Assembly (NCBI GenBank): GCA_965140585.1
Contig: OZ223264.1
Coordinates: forward strand, 224,001 to 288,000
Length of the DNA stretch: 64,000 nt
Direction: 5' to 3'
Source: Spirochaetia bacterium
Lineage (GTDB): Bacteria; Spirochaetota; Spirochaetia; UBA9216
Of the stretch, positions 45,907-56,296 are shown piece by piece (position 1 is the first letter of the stretch; every line of letters begins with the position of its first letter). The notes under the pieces are model-generated. The model made no database searches, was not told the origin of the DNA, and worked only from the letters and a program-made list of their open reading frames with translations. Position numbers and translations under genes: made by a program.

Positions 45907-46248
45907 ATGTTATATACATTATTGGTTCCGATTGCGGGAATTTCCCTACTTGTTTTGATGGTTCTGACTGTCCTGTTCGGTCTGAGAGTTATCAAGGTTA
46001 AAATGAAGGTTCACCGGGCCACCGGCTATGCGGTGCTGGTTCTTGCGGCCTTTCATGGAGTTTTTGGATGGCTGACATTTTTTCCCTACTTCCTTCCTAA
46101 CATTATTTCAGGTACGGTTCTGTTTTTACTTATACTCACAAATATCCTTTTATGGAGAGCAAAAAAGATCAAGTTCAAGACTCACCGTCTTCTTGGTATT
46201 ATTTCAATGGTAATTGCTCTGCTGCATGGATTATTCGGAATCCTGTAG
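45907..46248 (+). CDS. Small 4-TM membrane protein with paired His (cytochrome b-like repeat)
   Basis: Internal duplication KVHR..G...FHG / KTHR..G...LHG. Confidence 0.6.
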   Translation: MLYTLLVPIAGISLLVLMVLTVLFGLRVIKVKMKVHRATGYAVLVLAAFHGVFGWLTFFPYFLPNIISGTVLFLLILTNILLWRAKKIKFKTHRLLGIISMVIALLHGLFGIL

Positions 46249-46298
46249 ATTTTTAGGCAGAAATTTAATAGCATAAACATATTTATTCAGGAGATTAT

Positions 46299-46784
46299 AT
46301 GAGCGGATGTCCCTGCGGAAGCGGAAAAAGCTACACAGCATGCTGTGAACCGTATATAAAAGGAAAGTCTTCAGCCCCTACGGCGGAAGCGCTGATGAGA
46401 GCAAGATATACTGCCTATGTTAAACAGGAAATTGATTTTATAGAGGCTACTCACAGCCAGGAGCGCCGAAACCGGCTTGATATTAAAGAAACTGAAAAAT
46501 GGGCCCGTGAGTCTGAATGGCTGGGGCTTGAGATTCTAAAAACTGAGCAGGGGCAGCCCGGTGATGAGACCGGTATTGTTGAGTTTATTGCTAAATTCAG
46601 ACAGGACGGCACTGACTACGATCATCATGAAGTGAGTACTTTTAACAGTGTTGACGGAAAATGGTTTTTCAATGACGGATATACCCCCTCTGCAACTGTT
46701 GTACGGGATTCTCCCAAAGTAGGCAGAAACGATCCCTGTCCCTGCGGCAGCGGAAAGAAATACAAGAAGTGCTGCGGCGCCTGA
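46299..46784 (+). CDS. ychJ: YchJ family SEC-C motif protein
   Basis: [40 protein letters not shown]. Confidence 0.93.
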   Translation: MSGCPCGSGKSYTACCEPYIKGKSSAPTAEALMRARYTAYVKQEIDFIEATHSQERRNRLDIKETEKWARESEWLGLEILKTEQGQPGDETGIVEFIAKFRQDGTDYDHHEVSTFNSVDGKWFFNDGYTPSATVVRDSPKVGRNDPCPCGSGKKYKKCCGA

Positions 46785-46829
46785 GCCCGGAATAAACACG
46801 GGTATGCCGGGCTGAATATTACTCTTTAT

Positions 46830-47144
46830 TTATAAGAAATTGAGCAGCATCATGTAAACTGCTGTTCCTCCGAAGATACTTACCAGCGGATGCCTGAACA
46901 GCAGGTGTAAAACGGTTACGGCCGCCGCACCGGCCCAGGGCGTCCAGCTGCCGCCTGACAGCATTCCGCTATTAATAGGGAGACTTGTCAGTACAAGAAC
47001 AGTCATTACGGCTCCCGGAATCAGTCTTGCTCCGGAAAGCAGCCACTGCGGAGGCTTCCGTTTTGAGAACAGAAGGAAGGGGAAGGCTCTTGTGAACTGG
47101 GTTGCCGCAGTCATCACAACAATTGCAATAATTATTCTATACAT
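46830..47144 (-). CDS. azlD: AzlD branched-chain amino acid exporter small subunit
   Basis: TRAFPF, SIFGGTAVYM; adjacent to azlC. Confidence 0.88.
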   Translation of the reverse strand: MYRIIIAIVVMTAATQFTRAFPFLLFSKRKPPQWLLSGARLIPGAVMTVLVLTSLPINSGMLSGGSWTPWAGAAAVTVLHLLFRHPLVSIFGGTAVYMMLLNFL

Positions 47145-47841
47145 CTGCGGCCTCTCTGCTTTTTTCAGGCTTTTTTTTCATAAAAAAGCATCCGACTGAG
47201 CTTGTGATAATTCCAAAAAGAAGTGCCTGATCCCTGAATCCCAGAACTATCAGCAGAATCACTGCAGCCCCTGCAAGGATAAATGGCTCCGGCCGCCTCA
47301 GTGTTTTTATCTGCTCTATCATCAGTACAATGAAAAGAGCGGTTAATGCAAAATCAAGTCCCGGAGCATTCCAGCTTATTACAGACCCGAAAGCCGCTCC
47401 CAGCAGTCCTCCGAGTGTCCAGTAGCCCTGGTTAAGCGCTGTTATATAGAAATCAAATCTCTCAGGATCGGTGCCTGCGGGCGGGGTTATTGTTGTGAAC
47501 AGTGCGTATGTTTCATCGGTGAGACCGAAAATAAGATACTTTTTAAATTTTTTAAAAGGGGCAAACCTTTCCAGCAGTGAGAAGCCGTACACCATATGCC
47601 GTGCATTCAGCAGGAATATTGCAAGGCCCATTTCAAAAAGTCCCGCTCCGCTTGTTATAAGGCTGATGGCCATGAACTGGGCGGCACCGGCGAAGATCGT
47701 AAGGCTCATGATAGGTGCCCAATACCACTGCAGCCCCGATTTTACAAGAAGAAAGCCGTATGCAAAGCCGATTGAAATGTATCCGAAGAATACAGGTGCC
47801 GAGGCTTTCAGTGCATGAGGAAAAGTTTTTAACGACTTCAT
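47137..47841 (-). CDS. azlC: AzlC branched-chain amino acid exporter
   Basis: FAGAAQF, NARH..YG, LTDETYA, LDFALTALF. Confidence 0.93.
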   Translation of the reverse strand: MKSLKTFPHALKASAPVFFGYISIGFAYGFLLVKSGLQWYWAPIMSLTIFAGAAQFMAISLITSGAGLFEMGLAIFLLNARHMVYGFSLLERFAPFKKFKKYLIFGLTDETYALFTTITPPAGTDPERFDFYITALNQGYWTLGGLLGAAFGSVISWNAPGLDFALTALFIVLMIEQIKTLRRPEPFILAGAAVILLIVLGFRDQALLFGIITSSVGCFFMKKKPEKSREAADV

Positions 47842-47896
47842 TATTTACCGATAATACCCGAATTGGAATTGCGGGTAAAGGAGGGAATCCTTCGTT

Positions 47897-49123
47897 CTAT
47901 TCTATTCTTCTGAGTTCTTCCGCTTCGCCGGCAGCAAGGTTACTGCATTTTACTGAAGTAAACATATTTCTACCGTTTTCCTTGGAGTAGTAAAGAGCAG
48001 TGTCTGCCAGACTGATAATATTCTCAATCGCTGAGAAGTCCGCGGATGTATGCGGGTGTGCTGTAAATACTCCGCCTGAAATGGTAACATTAATGTTTTT
48101 GCCACCGGCATTAAAGGGTATCTCCGATATTTTTTCTCTTATCCGCTTTACGAAGTCTTTGATAAACTCCTCCCGGGTATGACGAAGAATCAGCATGAAC
48201 TCCTCTCCTCCCCAGCGTATCAGAATGTCATTCGACCTGATAATAGAAACTAATCTTTTGCTGAATTCCTGAAGAACAAGGTCTCCAATTTCATGACCGT
48301 AGGTATCGTTAACTTTCTTAAAGTGGTCGAGATCCAGAAGTAAAACTGCATAGCAGTCGTTTGCACAGCTGTCTGCAGTTCGCTGGACAGGCTCTGATCC
48401 TGCAGGACCTGTGAATTTAATAAAATCAATAATCTCCGGCTTGATTATACTGTCAAAGAAAAGCCTGTTTTTAAGACCTGTAAGATGATCGGTCAATGAT
48501 AATTCCTCAACCTTTTTATGACTCAGAAAGGTTTTTCTATTGGCTTCCTGAATTATGGCTGTTGCCAGGATGCCGATTAACAGCATTGTGACCAGATAGA
48601 TTATTTTGACAAGACTTCGGATCGGATCGTCAACAACGAAGACACTGTCCACAATTATTGCAGAGATTACAACAATCAAACCGGTTATTGTTGCCGGTTT
48701 GATAGGGATTTTTCCTGTTCCAAAAAAGAAAATAAGGATTTGAGTTATCCCGTAAAAGTAAAGTCCTGCATACTCGCTTTCCCGCGCTATGTATTCCATT
48801 GCAATGACAGCCCCGGATGAAATCAGAACTAATATTATAATCAGTAAAAGTGGATGATTCTTAAAATACACTATATAGGTTAGTAAATAGGCTGCCAGAC
48901 AATAAGGAAGGAATATTCCAAGGCGGATAATCAGAAATGATTTAAATAGATTTCCGAATAGCAGAAAATCCAGCGGCAGATATACTGTGAACAGAGCCGC
49001 TCCAATTATTATTATCATCCGTAACTGTTCCGGACTATTGAGCGAACGCCTGAATTCTGTTTCAGTTTTAATATCCTTGAAATGCAGTCCGGTTTTAAAT
49101 TGTTCGCTGAATATTTTCATCAT
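47897..49123 (-). CDS. Membrane-bound diguanylate cyclase
   Basis: TDHLTGLKNR, DLDHFKKVNDTYGH..GD, RWGGEEF, ADTALYYSK..GRN. Confidence 0.95.
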   Translation of the reverse strand: MMKIFSEQFKTGLHFKDIKTETEFRRSLNSPEQLRMIIIIGAALFTVYLPLDFLLFGNLFKSFLIIRLGIFLPYCLAAYLLTYIVYFKNHPLLLIIILVLISSGAVIAMEYIARESEYAGLYFYGITQILIFFFGTGKIPIKPATITGLIVVISAIIVDSVFVVDDPIRSLVKIIYLVTMLLIGILATAIIQEANRKTFLSHKKVEELSLTDHLTGLKNRLFFDSIIKPEIIDFIKFTGPAGSEPVQRTADSCANDCYAVLLLDLDHFKKVNDTYGHEIGDLVLQEFSKRLVSIIRSNDILIRWGGEEFMLILRHTREEFIKDFVKRIREKISEIPFNAGGKNINVTISGGVFTAHPHTSADFSAIENIISLADTALYYSKENGRNMFTSVKCSNLAAGEAEELRRIE

Positions 49124-49236
49124 TTAAGTATATATTAATTGTTCAGACTTTCAACGAAATCAAAATTTTCCATGACTAAAAATCCCTTAGGAGTTATAAT
49201 CAATAAAGAAATATCAGTATTGCAGCAGGTAAAGTA

Positions 49237-49800
49237 ATGGGAAAAGAACAACCGGAGCGGATCTTAGGCGCAAATATCCGCAAATTAAGGAAAAAACGCG
49301 GGATTTCGCTTCAGGATATTGCGGCCAATACCGGAGTATCAAAAAGTTTCATCTCCCAGGTTGAAAACGGAAAGACCCAGCCTTCACTCTCCACCTTGAT
49401 AAGTATAGCTGAATATCTGGATACAAGTATAAATACACTTCTTGATGATCACAGCCCTGAACCCGGCCCCATGGTTAAGGAAGATGAACAGAAAACAGTA
49501 ATATACGCCGACGGCATAGTCATGAATATGCTCACAAAATCAGAAACCTATAAGCAGATTCAGCCTATCCTGTATGAACTTGAGGCCGGGGCGAGCTCCG
49601 GAAAAAAACAGTATCAGCATTTCGGTCAGGAGTTTGTTTATATTATCGAAGGATGTCTTGAGATTGAACTCGGCGGTGAGATTTATAATCTGGAAAAAGG
49701 CGACAGCCTGTACTTCAATTCAACAGTTCCGCATAGTTTCAGAAACAAGTCCTGTGAACTTACCAAAGCTCTCTGGATAGATACCCCGGCAACCCTGTAG
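49237..49800 (+). CDS. XRE-family HTH + cupin regulator (PuuR-like)
   Basis: SKSFISQVENG..PS, HFGQEFVYIIEG, GDSLYF..PH. Confidence 0.93.
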   Translation: MGKEQPERILGANIRKLRKKRGISLQDIAANTGVSKSFISQVENGKTQPSLSTLISIAEYLDTSINTLLDDHSPEPGPMVKEDEQKTVIYADGIVMNMLTKSETYKQIQPILYELEAGASSGKKQYQHFGQEFVYIIEGCLEIELGGEIYNLEKGDSLYFNSTVPHSFRNKSCELTKALWIDTPATL

Positions 49801-49802
49801 TC

Positions 49803-50339
49803 TCAGGATTTAAGCGGTACCTCAGCGATAGGAATATAATTCAGTTTACCATCAACCTTTCGGCTTTCCATGAGATAAAGGGAAGTTATATTTTCGGAGG
49901 GCAGATCAAATCTTGTTTTCTTTAAAATTTTAAGAGTGCTGTAGCTGATCCGGCATCTTCGTATAAGTGTGATGTGCGGCTTCATTGGTTTAAAATCACC
50001 GACTGAACAGTTTTTCCGGATAAAATCGGATATGGATGTAAGCGAGTCTCGTCCGCTTTTAACTTTTACATAGATGAGATCCTCTTTTCCCTGCCTGAAA
50101 GAGCCGAATGAACTCAGGCGGATTGAAAAAGAAGGAAATATAAGGGCTGCTTTTTCAAGAACAGCTTTGAACTCCGGAATCTGCCCGGGTTCCGCCTCTC
50201 CTATGAAATGAAGGGTCAGATGCAGGTTTTCTATATCTGTGTATTTGCCCTGTGCTCGGTGCTCCCGAAGGCTGTTCTGGAGATCTGCGAGCTGGATGCC
50301 TATCACCGGACCCGGGTTAACCGCAAAGAAGAGTCTCAA
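49803..50339 (-). CDS. thpR: RNA 2',3'-cyclic phosphodiesterase (2H)
   Basis: MRLFFA, HLTL and HITL motifs. Confidence 0.92.
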   Translation of the reverse strand: MRLFFAVNPGPVIGIQLADLQNSLREHRAQGKYTDIENLHLTLHFIGEAEPGQIPEFKAVLEKAALIFPSFSIRLSSFGSFRQGKEDLIYVKVKSGRDSLTSISDFIRKNCSVGDFKPMKPHITLIRRCRISYSTLKILKKTRFDLPSENITSLYLMESRKVDGKLNYIPIAEVPLKS

Positions 50340-50785
50340 ACCTCAGCCTCCGATAGTGACTGAATAAGTTTTAAGAGGGTTTGTTTCATTGATGCTATCT
50401 CTTCAAGCTGTATGTCTTCACTTCCAATATCGCCAACCAGTTTGGATGGAATATCAGCTGCTTTCTCGCGCAGAATTCTACCCTTTTCAGTGAGGCTTAC
50501 AATGACTTTTCGTTCATCTTCCGCTGAGCGCTTTCTTATCAAGAGTTCATTCTGCTCCATGCGTTTCAGCAGCGGGGTGATCGTATTAGTATTCAGAATT
50601 AGTTTTTCCGCAATATAGTTTACCGGAAGTCCGTCTGTTTCCCAGAGCACCATCATCACCAGATACTGTGGATAGGTAATTCCAAGAGCATCCAGATGCG
50701 GCTGGTATGCTCTTGTTATTAGTCTTGAAGCTGCATAAACCGGGAAGCAGATCTGGTTTTCAAGTTTTAGTTGTTCGAATGCCAT
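50336..50785 (-). CDS. MarR-family organic hydroperoxide regulator (OhrR-like)
   Basis: LENQICF..YAASR, ITYPQYLVM, TITPLLKRME, R..EDER. Confidence 0.9.
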   Translation of the reverse strand: MAFEQLKLENQICFPVYAASRLITRAYQPHLDALGITYPQYLVMMVLWETDGLPVNYIAEKLILNTNTITPLLKRMEQNELLIRKRSAEDERKVIVSLTEKGRILREKAADIPSKLVGDIGSEDIQLEEIASMKQTLLKLIQSLSEAEV

Positions 50786-50824
50786 TAGACCAAAAATACT
50801 TTATTTTGAGCCGGCCTGCAATAC

Positions 50825-51316
50825 TCAGGCTGACTCGGCCAGAAGCGACTCTACTTTTCCCGCAAGTTTAAGAGGATCTGTAGTCGGAGAAAATCTTTTA
50901 ACGGGATTGCCGTTACGGTCTATCAGAAATTTGGTAAAATTCCATTTAACGCTGTCTCCGATAGCTCCCGGAAGCTGTTTTCGCAGATACTTGAAAACCG
51001 GATGGGCTTCCGCGCCATTCACATTTACCTTACTGAAAAGCGGAAAGTTAACGCCGAAATTCAGACTGCAGAACTGTTTGATGTCGTTATCATCTCCGGG
51101 TTCCTGATGTGCAAACTGATCACAGGGAAAGCCGAGGATTTCCAGTCCGGAATCCTTGTACTTGTCGTAGAGTTCCTGCAGTGATTTGTACTGCGGTGTA
51201 AATCCGCATTTGCTTGCAGTGTTTACTACAAGGACTACCTTGCCCCTGTATTCTTCAAGTACTTTTTCTTTTCCGTCTATGCTCTTTGCTTTAAGGCTGT
51301 AAAAATCGTTATTCAT
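50825..51316 (-). CDS. Glutathione peroxidase family protein (Cys type)
   Basis: VNTASKCGFTPQY, LGFPCDQF..QEPG, KWNFTKFL. Confidence 0.96.
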   Translation of the reverse strand: MNNDFYSLKAKSIDGKEKVLEEYRGKVVLVVNTASKCGFTPQYKSLQELYDKYKDSGLEILGFPCDQFAHQEPGDDNDIKQFCSLNFGVNFPLFSKVNVNGAEAHPVFKYLRKQLPGAIGDSVKWNFTKFLIDRNGNPVKRFSPTTDPLKLAGKVESLLAESA

Positions 51317-51347
51317 AGTTTACTCCAGAAATATTGTATCTACTATG

Positions 51348-51376
51348 AATATATCGTGTGCGATATAAAAAGTCAA
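51348..51376 (-). promoter_or_regulatory. Promoter (TTGACT-17-TATATT) overlapped by a MarR/OhrR-type palindrome
   Basis: tatatcg-tgtg-cgatata at 51350-51367. Confidence 0.7.
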
Positions 51377-51453
51377 GTATGAACAGAAAAATTATCAATA
51401 TTTCCAATCTTGACATCATAAAACAATGAAAGCATAGTTAACCGGGGGTATTA

Positions 51454-52083
51454 ATGAACAGAGAAAGGCTTGTTCTTGCACAGAATATTTTTTATTCAAG
51501 GTATCCTGAAGGATTTGATGATCAGAAAATGCAGGTCATTATGAAAAAGCATAACATTGAGAAAATGCAGGCCCGGGCTGCCGCTCTGCTGTCGGCTGAA
51601 GCCTTTGGTGATCGAAATAATGTTTTTGAATCTGTTAAAAAGATAATAATGCAGTCTTCTCTTGTTTCAGTCTTCGAAAAAATGCGGCTTAGAGATCTTC
51701 TTAAAGATATAAATGTGCACGAGGCCGCAGAACTCATTGACGGTATGTTTGAATATCTGCATGGAAAGCAGGATTCCGGGTTCAGGATTTTAAGCGGATT
51801 TCTGGAACGTTTCGGGCTGGCAAAATGGCCTATTGTGACGGTCTGCGGTCTTTACCATAATCCTGAGCGGGATGTTCTGATAAAACCGACAACTGTTAAG
51901 AGGGTTATCTCCTATTATAAGCTGGAGGAGCTGAAGTATGTCACTAAACCGGATTGGAATTTTTACGACAGTTACCGAAGCCGGTTCATCCAGATGAAAT
52001 CTTTGGTTTCTGCCGGGCTGCAAGTTGATAATGCCGTATTCAGCGGTTTTTTAATGATTGGCATGGAAACTCCGGATGAATAA
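51454..52083 (+). CDS. Hypothetical protein
   Basis: YPEGF, KKH, VSVFEK, LAKWP, IKPTTVK, DNAVFSGFLM; no function assigned. Confidence 0.75.
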   Translation: MNRERLVLAQNIFYSRYPEGFDDQKMQVIMKKHNIEKMQARAAALLSAEAFGDRNNVFESVKKIIMQSSLVSVFEKMRLRDLLKDINVHEAAELIDGMFEYLHGKQDSGFRILSGFLERFGLAKWPIVTVCGLYHNPERDVLIKPTTVKRVISYYKLEELKYVTKPDWNFYDSYRSRFIQMKSLVSAGLQVDNAVFSGFLMIGMETPDE

Positions 52084-52123
52084 GAATAAACTTATAGAAA
52101 GGAAAGGTTATAGGAGGATTGTA

Positions 52124-52510
52124 ATGAACATGAAAAAGCTGTCTCTGCTGCTGGCCCTGTCAGCTGTATTATTTTCATCCTGTACTACTTTCAGGTTCTC
52201 GGGCGCACAGGTTTCAAAAAATCTGCCCAGGTTTGATGTTCTTGGTGAATTTGAGGTTGAGGTCAAAGTTCTAGAACTTCTTGGCGCACCGGGAGGTGCG
52301 AATTTCGGAAACCTGTCGGCAACCAAAATGGATGATGCCATATATGATGCTGTTCTGGAGGAAATTGCATCCAGGAATGGAGATGCCGCTATTGATCTGT
52401 CCATAGAATATAAGGCTCAGCCGGCAGACATTCTGCTGGCGACAATAACGGGGAATATCATTTCTCCTGCTACTGCTTTTGTGTCGGGAACTGTTATATC
52501 TTTCAAATAA
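52124..52510 (+). CDS. Small lipoprotein
   Basis: AGGAGG SD; LFSSC lipobox; GDAAID motif. Confidence 0.75.
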   Translation: MNMKKLSLLLALSAVLFSSCTTFRFSGAQVSKNLPRFDVLGEFEVEVKVLELLGAPGGANFGNLSATKMDDAIYDAVLEEIASRNGDAAIDLSIEYKAQPADILLATITGNIISPATAFVSGTVISFK

Positions 52511-52712
52511 AAAGTTGATTATCAAAGGCTTATGTCCGATACTCTAACAATCAGGGAATTTCACTTTTTGCACTGAAAAAATGGATTTTCGAAACTTAAT
52601 ACGTTATGATATTTATTATCAAAATGGTTCTTTTCTAATTAAATTTAAGTTTATTTGTTGACACTTTTTGCAATATGATTAACTTTGTAGATATTATTTT
52701 ATGTGGACATTT

Positions 52713-53189
52713 ATGAATAAAAGAGTATTTTTGTTTCTTCTGCTTATGATAACAACTGTCAGCGTATACTCCTACGATTATAAGGAACGGGATCTCCTCG
52801 GCCTGGGGTGGACTTATACCTTTGCTCACAGTGAAGATCCAGGTATGTTCGGGCTCAGCCTTCTTTATGCTCCCATGGACTTTTTTACAGGCTTTTCAGC
52901 TCTTGTTCAGAGCGACTTCAAAACAACCGCAGAATTCGGACTTGGACTTGAAAGATATCTTATTCTTATTCCAAGTTCCGTTATAAATCAGAGGCTCTTT
53001 CACCTTTCGGTGGGAGCTCTCGGTACATATACTATTAATCAGGGCTTTGGGTATGACGTGTATTTGACCAGCGGAGTATCGTTCCCGCCTCTTCACGGGT
53101 TGGCGGTGACTCTGCTTTACAATCACATAGAATCCTTTGCATTACGTTTGGAATATTCGGGGGGCGTGTTCCTCGAAAAAAATAGATAG
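52713..53189 (+). CDS. Putative small outer-membrane beta-barrel protein
   Basis: Signal peptide, alternating hydrophobic strands. Confidence 0.55.
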   Translation: MNKRVFLFLLLMITTVSVYSYDYKERDLLGLGWTYTFAHSEDPGMFGLSLLYAPMDFFTGFSALVQSDFKTTAEFGLGLERYLILIPSSVINQRLFHLSVGALGTYTINQGFGYDVYLTSGVSFPPLHGLAVTLLYNHIESFALRLEYSGGVFLEKNR

Positions 53190-53199
53190 GAGGATCTTA

Positions 53200-53556
53200 A
53201 TGAAAAAGATCGCATTAGTAGTACTTGCAGTTCTGGCAATCGTTATGATTTCAGGCTGTGCAACAACTTTCACAACAACAAACGGAAAACTCGCTTACGG
53301 TGACGTAAAGGGTACAGAAGTAGGAGAAGTTTCAGCTGAAGCTAGAATGGTTTACATTATCCACCCTTCACTTCTTTCACTCAAGGCTCCTAACGAAGAG
53401 CTCGACACAATCGTTGAACCTGCAATGGCCGAAGTTGGCGCAACTGCAGTAAAAGATGTAACAATCACAATGGAAAATGACATCATGGCTTTCCTTGCAA
53501 GCTACATCGGTTTCGGTTACCCGCTTGTAAAAGTTGATGGTATTGGCGTTAAATAA
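53200..53556 (+). CDS. Small lipoprotein (Bor/TRL-like)
   Basis: AGGAGG SD; MISGC lipobox; GATAVKDV. Confidence 0.75.
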   Translation: MKKIALVVLAVLAIVMISGCATTFTTTNGKLAYGDVKGTEVGEVSAEARMVYIIHPSLLSLKAPNEELDTIVEPAMAEVGATAVKDVTITMENDIMAFLASYIGFGYPLVKVDGIGVK

Positions 53557-53578
53557 GAATTAATTTCTTTTTAACTGA

Positions 53579-53615
53579 AGGGGTGCCGGCTGTATGGACG
53601 GTGCCCTTTTTTTTT
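53579..53615 (+). terminator. Rho-independent terminator
   Basis: gggtgccg...cggtgccc + T tract. Confidence 0.65.
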
Positions 53616-53654
53616 CCTATAGTTTATATAAACCTTTATAGAATGGAGAAAACT

Positions 53655-53939
53655 ATGAAAATTTTATTAAAAGCTGTTGTTTTACTTTTGCTCGTCGGTG
53701 CACTTTTTTCCTGTGCAAGTCTTAATATGCCTGTAGGTGCAACTTCAAACGAAATCGGACCCCTTGTCGGTCAGTCTTCAGGAACAATCTGGTTTGGAAT
53801 GTTCGGAAATGTTGATGCAGGTGTAAGAGCCGCTGCACAGGACGGTAGAATTGTTAATATATCCACCGTTGATTTCGAAGCAAAATCTGTTCTTTTTGGT
53901 CTTGGAACCAAATTTACCTGTACTGTTACCGGAAAATAA
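53655..53939 (+). CDS. TRL-like family lipoprotein
   Basis: LFSC lipobox; DAGVRAAAQDG.I..ISTVD...CTVTG. Confidence 0.8.
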   Translation: MKILLKAVVLLLLVGALFSCASLNMPVGATSNEIGPLVGQSSGTIWFGMFGNVDAGVRAAAQDGRIVNISTVDFEAKSVLFGLGTKFTCTVTGK

Positions 53940-53947
53940 ACAACAAA

Positions 53948-54493
53948 ATGCTCCGAAATAGACTTCTTGTCCTTGCTGTACTACCGTTAATTCTAATTTC
54001 TTGTGTTTCTGCGCCTAAGGACGATGTTGAAGTCTTTTTTCTGGGAAAAAATTCAGTACAGTACTTTTTTCCTGAAAGAGAATGGGGCTGTACTGAAGAT
54101 TATTTAAAAATAGATGCTGACTGGCTTTACCGGAATTTTGCGCTGGATGACGAACCCGGAAAACCAAGGACAATACTGAACTTTTCTCTATTTTACACAT
54201 CAGGTTTATTCAGAACTGTTCCACGGCAGATAGCATTAACGGCCGGTTCAGAAAAAATAATTATTCCTTCGGAACAAATCGAAATAATATACCGCGACAG
54301 GGGTAAAACCCGTTATACTGCCTGGCTTACTTCTCCGGAGGCTGAAAGCTTTATTAAGGGAGCTTCTGTAAATCAACCGAAACTGTCTCTTGAATATGAT
54401 AAGGCCTACGATTTTTATCCGGACGAAACCTTTAATCAGCATATCGATTATTTTCTCGAGGTTATTCTGGGACTTCCTGCATCTGAAGACTGA
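53948..54493 (+). CDS. Lipoprotein
   Basis: LILISC lipobox. Confidence 0.7.
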   Translation: MLRNRLLVLAVLPLILISCVSAPKDDVEVFFLGKNSVQYFFPEREWGCTEDYLKIDADWLYRNFALDDEPGKPRTILNFSLFYTSGLFRTVPRQIALTAGSEKIIIPSEQIEIIYRDRGKTRYTAWLTSPEAESFIKGASVNQPKLSLEYDKAYDFYPDETFNQHIDYFLEVILGLPASED

Positions 54494-54494
54494 G

Positions 54495-55379
54495 CTATGC
54501 CGGTGATGAAAAAAGAATATTCAGAAAAACAGCGCTGAGGCTGCTGAGATGCTCCTTATTCCATGCAACCAGAAATCGTGCCTGTTTAATCTCCGGCACC
54601 CTGATGAATTTAAAATTCGGATTATTCCAGATAGTGCTACCGTCATCAAGTGCAGATATTCCCATGCCTGCTTCAACCCAGAGTGCGGCCATTCTTAATG
54701 TGGGCGCCAGTCTGACTTTCGGTAAAAAACCCGCCTTTTTGCAGGAACTGTTAAGCAGATCAAGAATGTCATAACTCTCATCTTTTGAAATAGTTATGAA
54801 GGTTTCTTCTGCAAAATCTGCAAGGCTGAGCTTCTTTTCTTCCGCCTTTTTGTGATTTCCCGGAATTGCAAGATAGATTTGAATATTCTTCAATGTCTTG
54901 AAGCCTATCCGATTATGCCGGCTGATATCAAAATCCAGGGTGAATCCGATATCAAGCTGCCGGTTTTCCAGTTTTGTGAGCAGTTCTTTAAGGCCATAAT
55001 ACTCAAGACGTACATCAATATTAGGATATCTTCTGCTTATTTCAGATACTGCAGCTGCAGTTTCAGGACTTACAGTACGCTCCTCGAGATAACCGATCTT
55101 TAAAGTACCGGAAATACTCCGTTCCATCATTTTTGCTCTGTCGACAAGTTCTGTGTGGCTGCGTAATATCGATCTTAATCCCTCAAGATATAGTTTTCCC
55201 GGATCAGAGAGGTATATACGTTTTTTTATCCGCAAAAAAAGCTGAAAGCCAAGTTCTTCTTCCATGGCGGCTATCTGCCTGCTCAATGCCGATTGCGAAA
55301 GATTAAGGGCTTCGGCTGCTTCGGTGAAATTGAGCCGATCTGCCGCTTCAAGAAAGCAGTCTATCTGGGAATCTTTCAT
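54495..55379 (-). CDS. LysR-family regulator
   Basis: LNFTEAAEALNLSQSALSRQIAAMEEELGFQLF. Confidence 0.96.
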   Translation of the reverse strand: MKDSQIDCFLEAADRLNFTEAAEALNLSQSALSRQIAAMEEELGFQLFLRIKKRIYLSDPGKLYLEGLRSILRSHTELVDRAKMMERSISGTLKIGYLEERTVSPETAAAVSEISRRYPNIDVRLEYYGLKELLTKLENRQLDIGFTLDFDISRHNRIGFKTLKNIQIYLAIPGNHKKAEEKKLSLADFAEETFITISKDESYDILDLLNSSCKKAGFLPKVRLAPTLRMAALWVEAGMGISALDDGSTIWNNPNFKFIRVPEIKQARFLVAWNKEHLSSLSAVFLNILFSSPA

Positions 55380-55422
55380 GTGCTTATTGTCCTTTTGTTT
55401 TCAGATTAAGTCAAGATTAGTT

Positions 55423-55437
55423 ATGCAAAAAATGCAT
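55423..55437. promoter_or_regulatory. LysR box (T-N11-A palindrome)
   Basis: atgca-aaaaa-tgcat between the divergent LysR and SDR genes. Confidence 0.6.
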
Positions 55438-55529
55438 GACCTTATCTGAAATCAATATTTCACAAGATTATCATGTGATGTTAAAATTCGCTGATTAAAT
55501 TATATCTAAATTAAAAGAGGATCTGAAAT

Positions 55530-56288
55530 ATGCGATTGAAAGATAAAGTAGCTATAATAACCGGCGGTAATTCCGGAATCGGTAAAGTGACAGCGGAAAT
55601 TTTCGCCAGGGAGGGTGCACTCCTTGTTCTTGCCGCAAGAAGAGAAAAAGAGCTTCAGGAGGTTGTTGATTCAATAAATGCTGCTGGAGGAAAGGCTGTG
55701 GGGGTGACAGGTGATGTAAGTCTGTATACCGATTGTTCAAAGATAGTGAAGGCTGCAGTTGATAATTACGGAAAGATTGACATTCTGGTAAATAACGCAG
55801 GTGTCGCGGATAAACACCGACCTATAACAAGAACTGATGCTGACTGGTGGGACCGTATTATAAAAATTAATCAGGATTCGGTTTTTTACATGTGCAAGGA
55901 AGTTCTTGAGTACATGGAACCTGCCGGAAGCGGCTCTATTATCAATATATCTTCTGTAGGTGCCGTGCGCAGCAACAGCGGAGTCTCATATACCGCTTCA
56001 AAAACTGCAGTCCTGGGAATGACAAAGAATATTGCAATTCAATTTGCCGGAAAAGGAATCAGGTGCAATGCCGTATGTCCCGGACCCACTCCGACTCCGC
56101 TTAATACGCCTGAGCAGATTGCCACATTTGACGGTGAATTTGCCGACCAGTGCAACCGTCATATGGATCTGTCTACTCCTTTTGTAACAGCAGAAGACCA
56201 GGCCATGGCTATCCTTTTCTTTGCTTCGGACGAGTCAAAAGGAATTAATGGTCAGGTCCTTACAGTTGATAACGGAATGAGTGTATAA
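55530..56288 (+). CDS. Short-chain dehydrogenase/reductase
   Basis: TGGNSGIG, NNAG, YTASK, NAVCPG. Confidence 0.96.
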   Translation: MRLKDKVAIITGGNSGIGKVTAEIFAREGALLVLAARREKELQEVVDSINAAGGKAVGVTGDVSLYTDCSKIVKAAVDNYGKIDILVNNAGVADKHRPITRTDADWWDRIIKINQDSVFYMCKEVLEYMEPAGSGSIINISSVGAVRSNSGVSYTASKTAVLGMTKNIAIQFAGKGIRCNAVCPGPTPTPLNTPEQIATFDGEFADQCNRHMDLSTPFVTAEDQAMAILFFASDESKGINGQVLTVDNGMSV

Positions 56289-56296
56289 TACCATTC

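Noticed and set aside
50825-51316. Selenocysteine in the glutathione peroxidase
   Set aside because: The active-site codon is Cys (ASKCG) with no in-frame TGA
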